Assembly: GCA_040285745.1 (NCBI GenBank)
Contig: JAUFOR010000006.1
Coordinates: 558,001-622,000, forward strand
DNA: 64,000 bases
From: Barthelona sp. PCE
Taxonomy: Eukaryota
Reading direction: 5' to 3'
In this document: positions 1 through 10,637 of the stretch, one piece after another
Layout of the letters: the number at the start of each line of letters is the position of its first letter
Position numbering within the stretch: the stretch's first letter is position 1
The notes under the pieces: generated by a model
Database searches by the model: none
The model's input: the letters and a program-made list of their open reading frames with translations, nothing else
What the model was told of the DNA's origin: nothing
Position numbers and translations under genes: made by a program

Positions 1-611
1 TTGAAGCTCGTGAACGTCTTTTGAGTGATGAGGCACTGCAGTACCTAATCCGCCCATCTGCTATGCCTGATACAGTCGTTGTTTCTGTTCGTTATGCCAA
101 GGATATCATTGCAAACTATCGCTTTGGTATTCGTAAGGATCGTAAAACTGGTGCATTCACATTTACATACGAGAATGAGACATATGATTCTGTAGATAAC
201 ATTGCTTCAAGATTTATCGCTTCGCTTTTGCGTCAGTTCAACGCTTGCTTCTATCACCCCAAATTTTGTCCTTCTACAACAGTTGAGGAGGTCAAGGATC
301 ATTTGAAACAGATGGTTGAATTCAAAGAAGGTAGTCACAGCGAATGGTGTCTTGCGGTCGTTAAAGAATATCCAGGTGAAATTTGCATGTTTGTTTATGC
401 TGGTGAGTTCCGTACACCAGTTACATTACGTGCTGTTGTTTCTCACAAGGGTTTCCTGTTTGAAAACCAATCTTATAACCATATTAAGCTACTAATCAAA
501 GGTTTCAAAAACACAATTAGAACTAGAGCCAGTTCTATTACTCAACAGCCTACTGGTATGGTTCCTGTCGAGGAACCTGCTGCTGTGGAAGAAGAGGAAT
601 GGTCTTGGTAA
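1..611 (+). CDS. SPT6: Transcription elongation factor Spt6, C-terminal tandem SH2 region (5' truncated by window edge)
   Basis: YLIRPS...VVVSVRY...TYENETYDSVDNI..RFI, then a second SH2-like unit (PGEICMFVY...KGFLFENQSY..IKLLIKGFK); matches the Spt6 tandem SH2 pattern. The frame runs in from the window start. Confidence 0.75.
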   Translation, partial: EARERLLSDEALQYLIRPSAMPDTVVVSVRYAKDIIANYRFGIRKDRKTGAFTFTYENETYDSVDNIASRFIASLLRQFNACFYHPKFCPSTTVEEVKDHLKQMVEFKEGSHSEWCLAVVKEYPGEICMFVYAGEFRTPVTLRAVVSHKGFLFENQSYNHIKLLIKGFKNTIRTRASSITQQPTGMVPVEEPAAVEEEEWSW

Positions 612-661
612 TAACTTTCAAGAAAAGTCAAGTAAAAAGTCAGTTCACTGAAAGCAGCAGT

Positions 662-1624
662 TTATTTACGACCTCTGTTACCCTTACCACCTCTCTTAGA
701 GTTGATACGTTGTTGTTTACGTTGTTCTTGTTGCATATGAATACCAGTAGCCTTTTTCATATCCATACCCATGGATTCTCTATCAATCTTCCTTAATAAA
801 CGCTGTTGGATCTTCTCTTCTTCTTCTTGCCCAAGGTTCTTCTTGTTCTTTCGGATACGTCTAGGCTCATTCTTTACCTCTCGATCGAACTCACCCATTG
901 AAGCTGTAGCAAATTGAGCATTCTTTAGAGCCTTCTTCATCTGTTGCTTAGCAAGAGCACCCTTTTGCTTTGTTTTACGAAGAGCATGACTGACAAGACC
1001 TGTTGTACCAGGTTGTGCATTTTTGACCATTCTCCTCAAGTTTGCATCTTCACGTTTCTTTTGATTGCGGACACGAGTGCGTTTTTCCTCTTCACGTAGT
1101 GTGAAACCGTCAACTGTCTGACCTGGTTTAACTGCTATAGCAATATCATCAGGGGTGACTTCTTGTTTACCAAATCTACGTTCGTGTTTGCCCGTTTCAG
1201 GGTTGTACTCAAAAGGCGTCCTGCTCTTTTTGTTCTTAATACCCTTAGACTCAGCGAATTTCTCCCACCTGGTCTTCTCAGGAGCTACTGGTACTGGTTT
1301 CTCACGAGGAATGTTTTGTACTGGATATGGGAGATCCACGATCTTACCCTGTTCTGTCTTGCGATCAGAAACAGGTAAATTAAACATCTCATTGCTTAAA
1401 AGCTGCACTAAATTACGTGCATGATTCTGCATATTCAATTCTCTGTGTTCTTCTTGGAAGAATGCTGGGATGATATCACTACCATCAAAGCAAGTGAAAT
1501 TACCAAGATCTGACTCGTAAGTTGCAATTTCAGGGTGCAAAATCTCAGTAAGTTCCATTTGCTGGCTTTTGTGTGCTGCTAGGATACCACTTACATCCAT
1601 TGCTGTTTCATTTGTGCCTTCCAT
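662..1624 (-). CDS. RRS1: Ribosome biogenesis regulatory protein Rrs1
   Basis: DLGN..CFD, ARNLVQLL..EMF, IPREKPVP..TRWEKFAESKGI and ATASMGEFD motifs. Start placed at ATG 1624 (MEGTNET). Confidence 0.93.
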   Translation of the reverse strand: MEGTNETAMDVSGILAAHKSQQMELTEILHPEIATYESDLGNFTCFDGSDIIPAFFQEEHRELNMQNHARNLVQLLSNEMFNLPVSDRKTEQGKIVDLPYPVQNIPREKPVPVAPEKTRWEKFAESKGIKNKKSRTPFEYNPETGKHERRFGKQEVTPDDIAIAVKPGQTVDGFTLREEEKRTRVRNQKKREDANLRRMVKNAQPGTTGLVSHALRKTKQKGALAKQQMKKALKNAQFATASMGEFDREVKNEPRRIRKNKKNLGQEEEEKIQQRLLRKIDRESMGMDMKKATGIHMQQEQRKQQRINSKRGGKGNRGRK

Positions 1625-2295
1625 TGTGCCCCTTAATGTGTGAAATATGTGAAAAGGTAGAAAAACGCAAAAGTAATTTCCTTTACTGTATTTCAAATAA
1701 TTTTCCTTGGAATCCAGAATTTAACTTTACTTTGGGTACGGATACAATGTATAATATTAGCATAAAGCTTTCTGTAACAAGATAAAAATGATATTGCATA
1801 ATTCGCAACACTGTACATCGTTGGGTATCAGACAGGCGAACACCAACGGAACAGTTGAACCTTAGATATGTGTTATATAGCATGTAACTCTATCGTAGTT
1901 TGATTTATGTTTCTTGAACACAACAGGAAAGTGATTCCCCTAGAATATGGTAGTTTATGTCATAATCGTGGAATAAATATGCCTGAAACTAAAAGTTTGA
2001 TGAAAACAAAACTTTACTTACAAACCAACGGAATTTTAACTTTACAACGGTGGTGTGTGGAGATATATTACTTGGTACAACAACATTACTCTCTAAATAA
2101 CGATTTTCTGGTATAGAAAGAAGGAATCTCATAGAATTCGATTTAGATGAATTGATTGTGGACGATCACTGATGTTAAACATGTAAAATGGTTTATTAAC
2201 GCCGAATCGGGGAAGTTGACCAGTAAATATTGTCAAATCATTGTTTTTTTCTTTTCAACCTTCTATTTCTCTTTAATCCGCTTTAACCTTTTATA

Positions 2296-3960
2296 ATGGG
2301 CACAAAACAAGAGAATATCCACAATACTGTTGAAAAAAATGTTGATATTGAAGATATTGAGACAGAAACCTGTTTGAACATTCCTCTTCTTGAAGTAGGA
2401 AATGCAAAGGACCTCTATGAACTAGCAGAGTCTATGCTCGCGACAGTTGATGACAACCATGTTAATGTACCTGGACAACAACATTTAAAATTTCCATTTA
2501 AGGTTCCTGTGGGTCTTTCATCTATTCGTAAGGTTTATAGATCAGGAATCGGCCCCTCATCCAGTCATACAATTGGTGTACAGCGTCTTAGCAAGAAATA
2601 TCTGAAACATTACGAGGATACATATGGTAAACACATAACAGAATTCAAGTTAAGAGTGACACTTTGTGGTTCATTAGCCGCTACTGGAGAGGGCCACTTT
2701 ACCCCCCAGGCGGTAGAACGTGGTTTCGGTGTGCCATTGTCTGATATTGAGCTACATTGGAGAGATGATATTGAAGATGATTTTCACACAAATATGATTA
2801 TTTATGAACTCTTAGATAAGGAGACAAATGAGATCATTGATGGCCCTTCGAAGGGCTACAGTATCGGTGGTGGTGATATTGTAAGTGAATTGTCTCGAGC
2901 TGAAGGTTCTCTCTATGAAGACGATTTCTATGCATGTTATGAAGAAACTACATTTGATGACATCATTAAGACCTGTTACGATGAGGGCATTGAGTTATGG
3001 GAGTACATTTATGAACGTGAAGAACGCTATCGTCAACGTGAAATGAAAAGAGGAAAGGAACGTGAGCCAATTCAAGAACATTTAAGAGAATGTTGGCATG
3101 TTATGCGCAACTCTATCACTGAAGGGGCAGAATTGGAAGGAAAAATGTTTGGTTTTTATAAAAGAAAAGCAAAAGGCCTTTTCCGTTCATATAAAAGAAC
3201 AAAAACGAGAAACATTCTCTTATCTGCTGCAGCATACGCAGCTCTTGAATCAGCTAGTTCACAAATCCCAGTTGTCACATCCCCAACAATTGGATCATGC
3301 GGTGTTCTTCCATCTGTTCTCTTTTGGTTAGAGTCAGAATACAACTTTGAAGAAGATGAAATCATTAAGATGATGGCTTGTGCTGGTTTACTTTGTAACA
3401 TTTTTAAAACATGTATTGGTGTTAGTGGTGCTGAACTGGGTTGTTCCGTTGAAGTCGGATGTGCCGTTGCTGCAGCTTCTTTTGCAGTATCACTTTGTTT
3501 CTACAATTCATCAATTCAAACGGCTGTTAGAGCTGGTGTTCTCTCTTTAGAAAGTATGATTGGTCTGTCTTGTTCTCCATTAAAGGGGTATGTGCTCATT
3601 CCATGTGCTTCAAGAAACGCCATCGGTGCTTGCCAAGCTGTTACAACGGCTGAATTGGCAATGTGTTTGCCTTCCAACTCACAAACAATCAGTTTTGAAA
3701 CCATGCTTCTCGCTATTAAATTGGTTGGTGAAAAGATGCATAATGATATTAAAGAAACCGGCCGAAGTGGCATGAACGTTGCTAAAATGGTTGATGAAGA
3801 ATACAAACGTAAGAAGAGAGAGAAGAGAGAAAATTCTATTGCTTTGGCTCGTACAATCCTCAAGTCTTCATCTCCTGCTTTAACCCCCGATATCCCATCC
3901 AAAGATTTCCCCATAGACCAAGAGCAAGTTGCTCAAACACTCAAAGTTATTGATGAGTAA
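2296..3960 (+). CDS. sdaA: Fe-S-dependent L-serine dehydratase, single-chain bacterial SdaA type, with N- and C-terminal extensions
   Basis: GIGPSSSHT, LCGSLAATGEGH, SIGGG, VVTSPT.GSCGVLP, SGAELGC, GLSCSP..GYV.IPC..RNA and KET motifs; the three cluster cysteines are present. Confidence 0.92.
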   Translation: MGTKQENIHNTVEKNVDIEDIETETCLNIPLLEVGNAKDLYELAESMLATVDDNHVNVPGQQHLKFPFKVPVGLSSIRKVYRSGIGPSSSHTIGVQRLSKKYLKHYEDTYGKHITEFKLRVTLCGSLAATGEGHFTPQAVERGFGVPLSDIELHWRDDIEDDFHTNMIIYELLDKETNEIIDGPSKGYSIGGGDIVSELSRAEGSLYEDDFYACYEETTFDDIIKTCYDEGIELWEYIYEREERYRQREMKRGKEREPIQEHLRECWHVMRNSITEGAELEGKMFGFYKRKAKGLFRSYKRTKTRNILLSAAAYAALESASSQIPVVTSPTIGSCGVLPSVLFWLESEYNFEEDEIIKMMACAGLLCNIFKTCIGVSGAELGCSVEVGCAVAAASFAVSLCFYNSSIQTAVRAGVLSLESMIGLSCSPLKGYVLIPCASRNAIGACQAVTTAELAMCLPSNSQTISFETMLLAIKLVGEKMHNDIKETGRSGMNVAKMVDEEYKRKKREKRENSIALARTILKSSSPALTPDIPSKDFPIDQEQVAQTLKVIDE

Positions 3961-4092
3961 TTTTACTCTCTTTAGTTTCCCCAAATAAATATTTTCAAAT
4001 GATCATGTGGATCAACATGCTGTATACAATTCATCAAGTAAATAAATATAAACTTAAACTGTTGTAAGTCGTTTTATTTACACTTTCATAAT

Positions 4093-5964
4093 ATGAGTTT
4101 CGAAATTATCGATTTCTTAAACACTAAACCCGATCCTCTCACACTTTTGTCGAGTATCAACGCCTACTTGGAGTTCTACACGTACATTGGTGGAGATTCT
4201 GTTTCTCTTCAAGATATTATCGTTTACGATAGAGTCAAGAACCTCAAGCTCCTCGCCAGTGGCCGCTTCGGCTTTGTCGAGAGATGGCTTCAACATATCA
4301 CCACTTCTTTCGATGAGAAATACCTGGATGAGATTCGTGCCGCCGTTTTTGCTGTTAAAATGGAGAAGGCTGAGCCCAACAAGGAGGTTCATGCCCGTGG
4401 CGTTGGTTCCAAGACTGAGGTAGCTGGTAGCATGCCTGAGCTTGAGCACGTCCCAGAGACCGGTGTCGTCACTCGATTCGCACCCGAGCCTTCTGGTTTC
4501 ATGCACATTGGCCACCTGAAGGCACTCATGATCTCTGATTATTATGCTAGAAAGTATAATGGAAAGCTCATTTTGCGCTTTGATGATACTAACCCATCAA
4601 AGGAAAAAGCCGAGTTCGTTGATAACCTTATCAATGATATCGAGTCGGTTCACATCAAGCCCGATGAAACTACTCATACCAGTACCAATTTTGCCTTTAT
4701 CGAACAATGTGCATTGAAGCTAATCAATGATGGCCTTGCTTACATGGATGATACTGTTGATCTTAAGACTCAGCGTGCCAACCTTGAGGCCTCTCCTCAC
4801 CGTGATACTTCTCCTGAAGTTAACCTCGAGAGATTCCGAGTATTACAATCTGGTTCTGAAGAAGGTCAACGTTGGTGTCTTCGTGCCAAGATCGATCACG
4901 CTCATAAGGTCGGTCTCATGAGAGACCCTGTCATATATCGATATAATGGTGAACCTCACCTTATCTACGGTGACAAATATAAGGCATACCCCACTTATGA
5001 CCTTGCATGTCCTGTTATTGACAGTATTGAGGGCGTCACACACGCTATGCGTTCCAGTGAGTACCACGAGAGAGATGCCCAGTACATGTGGTTCTTGGAG
5101 AAGCTTGAACTTCGTATCGTCCACATTGTTGATTTCTCAAGATTAAACTTCAACTATACAATCATGTCTAAGCGTTCCCTGAAGGAGCTGGTTGAAGAGG
5201 AAGTCGCTGAAGGGTGGAATGATCCCCGTTTCCCTACTATTCAAGGTCTTTTAAGAAGAGGAATGACGGTTGAGTCACTTCGTCAATTTATTCTTGGTCA
5301 AGGTTGCTCTAAGAAGCAAAACACACAGGAATGGGAGAAGTTATACACAGTTAATAAGCAGAACATTGATAACGATTGTCCTCGTTATCTTTGTGTTCCC
5401 TTAGAGAATTCTATTGAGTTGGAATTGTCCAATATTGACTCGATTATGTTCAACAGGCCTTTTAACAGACATAACCCTGAGCTGGGTAACCGTGATGTCC
5501 CAATTACAAAGAAAATGCTCTTACCCGGTTTAGAGAAGGATATTATTCCTCAGAACAAAAATCAATTTACAATGATTGGTTACAGTGGTTGTTCAATCGA
5601 ATCAAGAGAAGAGGGCAAGATCGTTGCTTCTGTTTCTGATGAGATTGATCCTCGTAAACCAAAGAACAAGCTTCAATACGTTTCTGTTGATTCTGGTGTC
5701 GAAGTTAAAATGATTTTCTTTGATCATTTGATCACAATTAAGAAGCTAAAGGACGAGGATTGGCGTAATCACGTTAACCCAGAAAGTCGTTTTGAAATTA
5801 TTGGTCTGGCTGAACCTGCTGTTGCGAATTTAAAGGTTAATGACATGATCCAATTCGAAAGAGTTGGTTATTTCAGACTGGATCATATTGATGATAACGG
5901 TCAATTAGTATTTTATAATATTCCTGATGGTAAGTTAGCTGTTATCAAGGTTAGGAGAGATTAA
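4093..5964 (+). CDS. GUS1: Cytosolic glutamyl-tRNA synthetase (stand-alone, eukaryotic/archaeal type)
   Basis: TRFAPEPSGFMHIGH, RFDDTNP, YPTYDLACP, MSKR, GWNDPRFPT and QFERVGYF motifs. Confidence 0.95.
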   Translation: MSFEIIDFLNTKPDPLTLLSSINAYLEFYTYIGGDSVSLQDIIVYDRVKNLKLLASGRFGFVERWLQHITTSFDEKYLDEIRAAVFAVKMEKAEPNKEVHARGVGSKTEVAGSMPELEHVPETGVVTRFAPEPSGFMHIGHLKALMISDYYARKYNGKLILRFDDTNPSKEKAEFVDNLINDIESVHIKPDETTHTSTNFAFIEQCALKLINDGLAYMDDTVDLKTQRANLEASPHRDTSPEVNLERFRVLQSGSEEGQRWCLRAKIDHAHKVGLMRDPVIYRYNGEPHLIYGDKYKAYPTYDLACPVIDSIEGVTHAMRSSEYHERDAQYMWFLEKLELRIVHIVDFSRLNFNYTIMSKRSLKELVEEEVAEGWNDPRFPTIQGLLRRGMTVESLRQFILGQGCSKKQNTQEWEKLYTVNKQNIDNDCPRYLCVPLENSIELELSNIDSIMFNRPFNRHNPELGNRDVPITKKMLLPGLEKDIIPQNKNQFTMIGYSGCSIESREEGKIVASVSDEIDPRKPKNKLQYVSVDSGVEVKMIFFDHLITIKKLKDEDWRNHVNPESRFEIIGLAEPAVANLKVNDMIQFERVGYFRLDHIDDNGQLVFYNIPDGKLAVIKVRRD

Positions 5965-5990
5965 TGAATTAATAATTGATTAATAATTGT

Positions 5991-6437
5991 TTATTCTTCA
6001 TCCGAATCACTATCCTCACTGTCTGTATCGAGTAAAAACGATGCGTCTATCTTAGATCGTTGTTGATTTGTGTGATTAATATTTGCCATATTAAATGCAT
6101 CAATTTCTTCACGTTTTTCTGAAATAAATCCTTCTACTAAAGTAAGAGGTATTCTATTTTGTACGATTAGGTCCCTTACCTGATCTTCTGTTACTCTACG
6201 TTCAATACTTCCACAAATACGATGTGTATTCTCTTCTGAAAATTTCACCACTAATATATCCCCATTAGAGATCCAAACCTTATGCTGGAATCGTGCTGGA
6301 AGATGAACATACTTCTCTGAACCATCAGAAGTCTGTACTAACCAAGTACTCCGTCCCTGATCGGCTAATGCTTTAACAAACTCCCCTTCGCTGTCAGTGA
6401 CATCGTCTAACGCCTGCCTAAAAACTTTAGATTGCAT
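5991..6437 (-). CDS. EIF1AD: eIF1A-domain (S1/OB-fold) protein, EIF1AD-like
   Basis: LPARFQHKVWISNGDILVV...GSIERRV...VRDL motif and an acidic C-terminal tail. Start placed at ATG 6437. Confidence 0.7.
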   Translation of the reverse strand: MQSKVFRQALDDVTDSEGEFVKALADQGRSTWLVQTSDGSEKYVHLPARFQHKVWISNGDILVVKFSEENTHRICGSIERRVTEDQVRDLIVQNRIPLTLVEGFISEKREEIDAFNMANINHTNQQRSKIDASFLLDTDSEDSDSDEE

Positions 6438-6487
6438 AATATTGAAAAGGTTATGAAAGCAAAACAAGAAATAAAACGTTGAATTTA

Positions 6488-7297
6488 TTAACCCATGAAC
6501 TCAATAAGATCTTCGATTGCAGCTGAAAGCTTATCTTCCAATGTACTATGATCATAAACTTCATAAACAATCATTATAATTACTGATATAAACTGTCTAA
6601 ACTTGATATGACTATTATAACTTAATTCCAGGACGATCTCATCGATTCTTCTGTTACTGATCCTACCAAACCAGTTTAAATCTTTAACCATCTTAATTAA
6701 TGATGTTGATTTAATAAACGATTTTCCTGGAGTCCTTTCCTTATATCTAGTGAATAATCTCTTGAAAAGACTGTTGTGTTCGTGCGAAATAATCTCTGCT
6801 TGTGCGGCAAATGAAGCTTGAAGATTCTTTTTGTATTCCAATTTGTCAATTAAAGGTTTAATTCTGGTACTAAAGACAAATTCAAGCTTCTCTGCCAATG
6901 TAAAGTTCTCTGCATAAATGAATTTATCATAAATCATGCGAATAATACATTCTATGAATCCAATAAAGCCCAATAATGGTGCACCACTTTCCGTTTTTAA
7001 TTTGTAAAAGGAAGAAATGTTCTGGAATATGTGGCGGATTGCTGTGGTTGGTAGGTTCTCGCACATGATATTCAGAGACTAAATATTAGTTTTCGAATTA
7101 TTCCCATTTGCGCAACGCGCATATAATCATACTTTTGTGAATGATACAAAGGCGGAGTCTGTGATATAGTCAGAGTTTTGTGTGAGAGACAAAAAGAGTT
7201 TGTACAATGCTTGTGAGTTCTCTCCTACAATCTCGTGAACGGTTGGGATGCTCAGTGCTTCGACGAGGAAGGGTGATGGCTGGTTGCTCTTATCCAT
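6488..7297 (-). CDS. Hypothetical protein with two tandem EF-hand/p25alpha-like helical repeats; exons 7297-7133 and 7078-6488
   Basis: A 55-codon exon (MDKSNQPSP...FVSFTK) splices in phase 0 to SLNIMCENL.... The spliced first half parallels the second half (L.KLF...I....F....K.LN vs LFKRLF...IK..SLIKMVKDLN; FIGFIECIIRMIY vs FRQFISVIIMIVY; LAEKL vs LEDKL). Confidence 0.75.
7079..7132 (-). other. Spliceosomal intron, 54 nt (GTATGA...ACTAATATTTAG)
   Basis: GT/AG ends, CTAAT branch motif, an in-frame TGA just inside the donor, and removal restores the reading frame. Confidence 0.8.
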
Positions 7298-7734
7298 CTA
7301 ATAAGAAAAGAGCTTCAGAAAAGGAATGAAGTTTGAAAACAACATAAATAACTGGAGTAACAAAATTTTGTTGGGTAAAAACAGATATTTAACGGTTTTG
7401 TTCTGTATAAAGTTCTTCAAAATGCTGGTTATAAACTGAGAAACATGAAATCTTTTATCTTCAATTGAATTTGCTCATTGCACTTTCAAACGCGAAACCG
7501 CCATAAAACTGCATTTGAGTATTTTGCAGACTGTATTTCTATTTTATAAGACTGTACGCAAACCTGCACAAATCGTTTGCGTTCTTCTCAAGTCATAATA
7601 CAATTCACAACTTCTCTAGTCATGTAAATAACATGTAAATCATGTGTGCAAATATTTATAAACAGACAGAGAATAGTGACTATGCATTTCAATACATCTT
7701 CTTATCCATCCTCGATTTGTCTTTTTTACAGACC

Positions 7735-9123
7735 ATGAAGCCCAGTCCTCTTCGGAACTGCTTTCTCTTTTGTATATTTTGGATAGCTCTAAAGTTAATG
7801 CTATTTCAAGGGTATTACTCCACAGATTTTGATGTTCATCGAAATTGGCTTGCAGTTACTGCACTCCCCGTAAAAGATTGGTACTATGAGCATACTTCTG
7901 AATGGACATTAGATTATCCTCCACTTTTTGCATATTTTCAGAAGTTTATGGGATTTTTTGCTAAATTCGTCGATCCACAGTTGCTACAAATATCGGAAAC
8001 TCCGCTTTCATCCACATCAATTCGTATTTTTATGAGATTAATGGTTTTAATTACAGATCTTTGGCTACCTTTTGTATTATTCAAATTTTTCAAGTTTGAA
8101 CATAAGAAAGTAACAGCTTTATGTTTGATCCCGGCTCTCTTTTATATTGATTCCATTCATTATCAATTTAATTCAATTCTTTTAGCAATTTTTTGTTTTT
8201 CTTTGTTTTGTTTGACTGAACATAAATACTTGTCGAGTATGATGTCGATGACAGTGTTACTGCTAATGAAACATCTGTTTATTGTATTTGTTCCAGTATA
8301 CGCAATGTGGATTTTTATAGATGTTGTTATTCAACGTAAAATGTATAAAAAATTTACTTTATACATAGTAACTGTGCTTTTGTTTGTATCAATTATAATG
8401 TATCCATTTTTAAATCATTTACCTCAACTTTTTTCTCGTTTATTTCCTTTTAAACGTGGCCTCGTTCATTCACTTTGGGCATCAAATGCATATCCACTTC
8501 TAATTGTATTTGATTGGATCATTTCTAAAAAATCTAGTCCTTATACCAAAGGTCTAGTAGGAATGGGTGAATTTACTCTTTTTAATTCAATTCCTAACAT
8601 TCCTGGTAGTGTTATTGGTTCGATTAGTCTAATCTTAAGCTCTTTACCTGCATTATTCATACCATTCACATCATCTACTAGAAAAAAATCTAAGCTTTTA
8701 GTTCTATCTGGGTTAGTTTATTATTATACTGGGTGGCATGTACATGAGAAAGCGCTTCTGTATCCCACGTTCATGTATGGAGTACTCTTAGGCATAGATG
8801 ATATATTTGCTCTTTTGGTAACTGTGTTAACTATCAATTGTTCATTTTTATTACCAATAGAATTCTATTTCATGAATTTATCTTTATTTGCATTCAATTA
8901 TTACATTAAAAATATTTTTATTAAAGAAAAACAATCCAAATTTAATTGGACTTTGATTAATGTCAATTACGTATCATTTATGGTAACTCAGATCATATAC
9001 AACTTCACTGATTTTAAAAAGATCATAGTTAATACAATAATAGGAAGCTTAACGCTTATGATTACAATATTAAAATTGATCAAATCACTTACTCTCCCTC
9101 AAACAATAACAACCAATGAATAA
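7735..9123 (+). CDS. ALG8: Dolichyl-P-Glc alpha-1,3-glucosyltransferase ALG8 (ALG6/ALG8 family)
   Basis: YYSTDFDVHRNWLAVT, WYYE.TSEWTLDYPPLFAYF, D.IHYQFN, RLFPFKRGLVH..WA.N and GWHVHEKA motifs; multi-pass membrane protein. Confidence 0.92.
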   Translation: MKPSPLRNCFLFCIFWIALKLMLFQGYYSTDFDVHRNWLAVTALPVKDWYYEHTSEWTLDYPPLFAYFQKFMGFFAKFVDPQLLQISETPLSSTSIRIFMRLMVLITDLWLPFVLFKFFKFEHKKVTALCLIPALFYIDSIHYQFNSILLAIFCFSLFCLTEHKYLSSMMSMTVLLLMKHLFIVFVPVYAMWIFIDVVIQRKMYKKFTLYIVTVLLFVSIIMYPFLNHLPQLFSRLFPFKRGLVHSLWASNAYPLLIVFDWIISKKSSPYTKGLVGMGEFTLFNSIPNIPGSVIGSISLILSSLPALFIPFTSSTRKKSKLLVLSGLVYYYTGWHVHEKALLYPTFMYGVLLGIDDIFALLVTVLTINCSFLLPIEFYFMNLSLFAFNYYIKNIFIKEKQSKFNWTLINVNYVSFMVTQIIYNFTDFKKIIVNTIIGSLTLMITILKLIKSLTLPQTITTNE

Positions 9124-10276
9124 ATGAAATTCCACGTGTTGGCAGGTCATTGAAGCACAAATGTGGTCCAAATACTGTTTCCATTACTCTATTAGTCATT
9201 CTACTTTGGGTATTACAGCATTTTAACAAAAAATTTCTTAACCATATCAAAATACGTTTCAAAAGTGGAGGAAGTCTGTTCAAATATCTCACAAGACTGC
9301 TATTAGAAGTAATTTGAACAAATCTAAAAATGGAGCCTGGTAGCAAATCAAAGAATTTCATAATTAAACTAGCCAAAAGGTAACCATCCTCACAATCTAA
9401 GCTCAAAAGAGCTTCTTTTGATGAATTCAATGTCGCAATCATAGAATCTTTCTTGAGACGATCAGCTGGAACACGGAATATTCCTTCTTTAACATATAAA
9501 TTATATTTCTCAAAATTTTCTTCAATTTTGGTAAAAAATAATGGAATATTGATGTTATCATCCATTATCATAGATTCTGGATTCACACCATATAATGAAT
9601 AATTCGTTTTAATGTGTATAGGAATGTATAAAGGTACATAAAACTCTGTTGATGTTTCTTCTTCATCCATAATCTTTTCAAATAATACAAAACCAAACGC
9701 TTCTAACTCACTATAAATGCTTTTAAAACTTATGTCAATATCCATTGTACTCTGTGCTTCAATAATCACTTTAGATGGTTGAACATGTGTTTCTATGAAT
9801 GCTTCCACTGCTTGGGGCAGAAGAACGCTTACAAAATTGTAATTTAAACTTCTTCGACGACAAAAATTCTTCAAAGAAACATTCTCCCTTTTAATATCTG
9901 TATCCAATTCAATATCGAGCATCAGGGGCGTTGTTTCAATCCACACTGCCAACTGAGCAACAACAGCATCTTCTTCAACGTTTTCAAGTGAAGTTGGTTT
10001 GGATTGTCTTGTTAACTGCTCAACTGCAGCACAATAATGGTCGTCCAGGTAAGTAATGTCCTGTTCGAAGTATGTTCGAGCCAGCATTTCAATCTCTTCG
10101 TCTGTTGAAATCTCTAGATTTAATGCTGATATGAAAAGGAGAAATAGATCATTATTAAGATGTTCCGAGTCTGCAAAACGGCTACTAAATGATCTGGATG
10201 GAGTGAAAAGTGTTACAGAATCTCTACGGTCATCACTGGAAAATAAATTCCTACAAAATCTTAAGAAACCTGACAT
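9089..10276 (-). CDS. RhoGAP-domain protein
   Basis: C-terminal IP.FF..I....EGIFRVPA (arginine finger)...LASLIMKFF..LP...SRMT.....VFGP. Start uncertain. Confidence 0.8.
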   Translation of the reverse strand: MSGFLRFCRNLFSSDDRRDSVTLFTPSRSFSSRFADSEHLNNDLFLLFISALNLEISTDEEIEMLARTYFEQDITYLDDHYCAAVEQLTRQSKPTSLENVEEDAVVAQLAVWIETTPLMLDIELDTDIKRENVSLKNFCRRRSLNYNFVSVLLPQAVEAFIETHVQPSKVIIEAQSTMDIDISFKSIYSELEAFGFVLFEKIMDEEETSTEFYVPLYIPIHIKTNYSLYGVNPESMIMDDNINIPLFFTKIEENFEKYNLYVKEGIFRVPADRLKKDSMIATLNSSKEALLSLDCEDGYLLASLIMKFFDLLPGSIFRFVQITSNSSLVRYLNRLPPLLKRILIWLRNFLLKCCNTQSRMTNRVMETVFGPHLCFNDLPTRGISFIHWLLLFEGE

Positions 10277-10637
10277 GTGTTCATGCAAATACGTAAAGGG
10301 GGCGAACGAATGCTAGATTACTTGTGAATACTTAGTTACTAGCACGAAAAAGGCTAGAAAAATTAATACACAAACTCCTTTCAACATAATCTATTTTTCT
10401 TTCGTGTCAACAGCAGATATCGGGAATTCGCACTTGAAATGAATTGACAAAAAGATGAACAGCTTTATGGTAAAAAGCCTGCATTTTATTTCATTTATTT
10501 GAAAAATCCTGTTTAAACATCAGAATCTTTCTTTACATAGAAATACCACCGGTAATCTGAGGATTCTTTTAAAAATCTTGTTGTATTCCTTAACTAAACC
10601 CTTATCTCCCAACTGTTTGTCATCTTTCTGTTTTGAT

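Noticed and set aside
1700-2290. Spacer with short duplicated words (ACCAACGGAA, GAATTT(T)AACTTTAC) and short ORFs 1683..1883 and 1907..2116
   Set aside because: Only two copies of 10-15 nt words and no recognisable protein or RNA motif; insufficient evidence.
10313-10375. Possible 63-nt phase-0 intron (GTTTGT...ATCTAG, minus strand) joining ATG 10387 to the RhoGAP ORF
   Set aside because: The frame is compatible, but the 3' end lacks the branch motif at -8 seen in the two supported introns, and an in-frame ATG at 10276 suffices. Needs RNA evidence.
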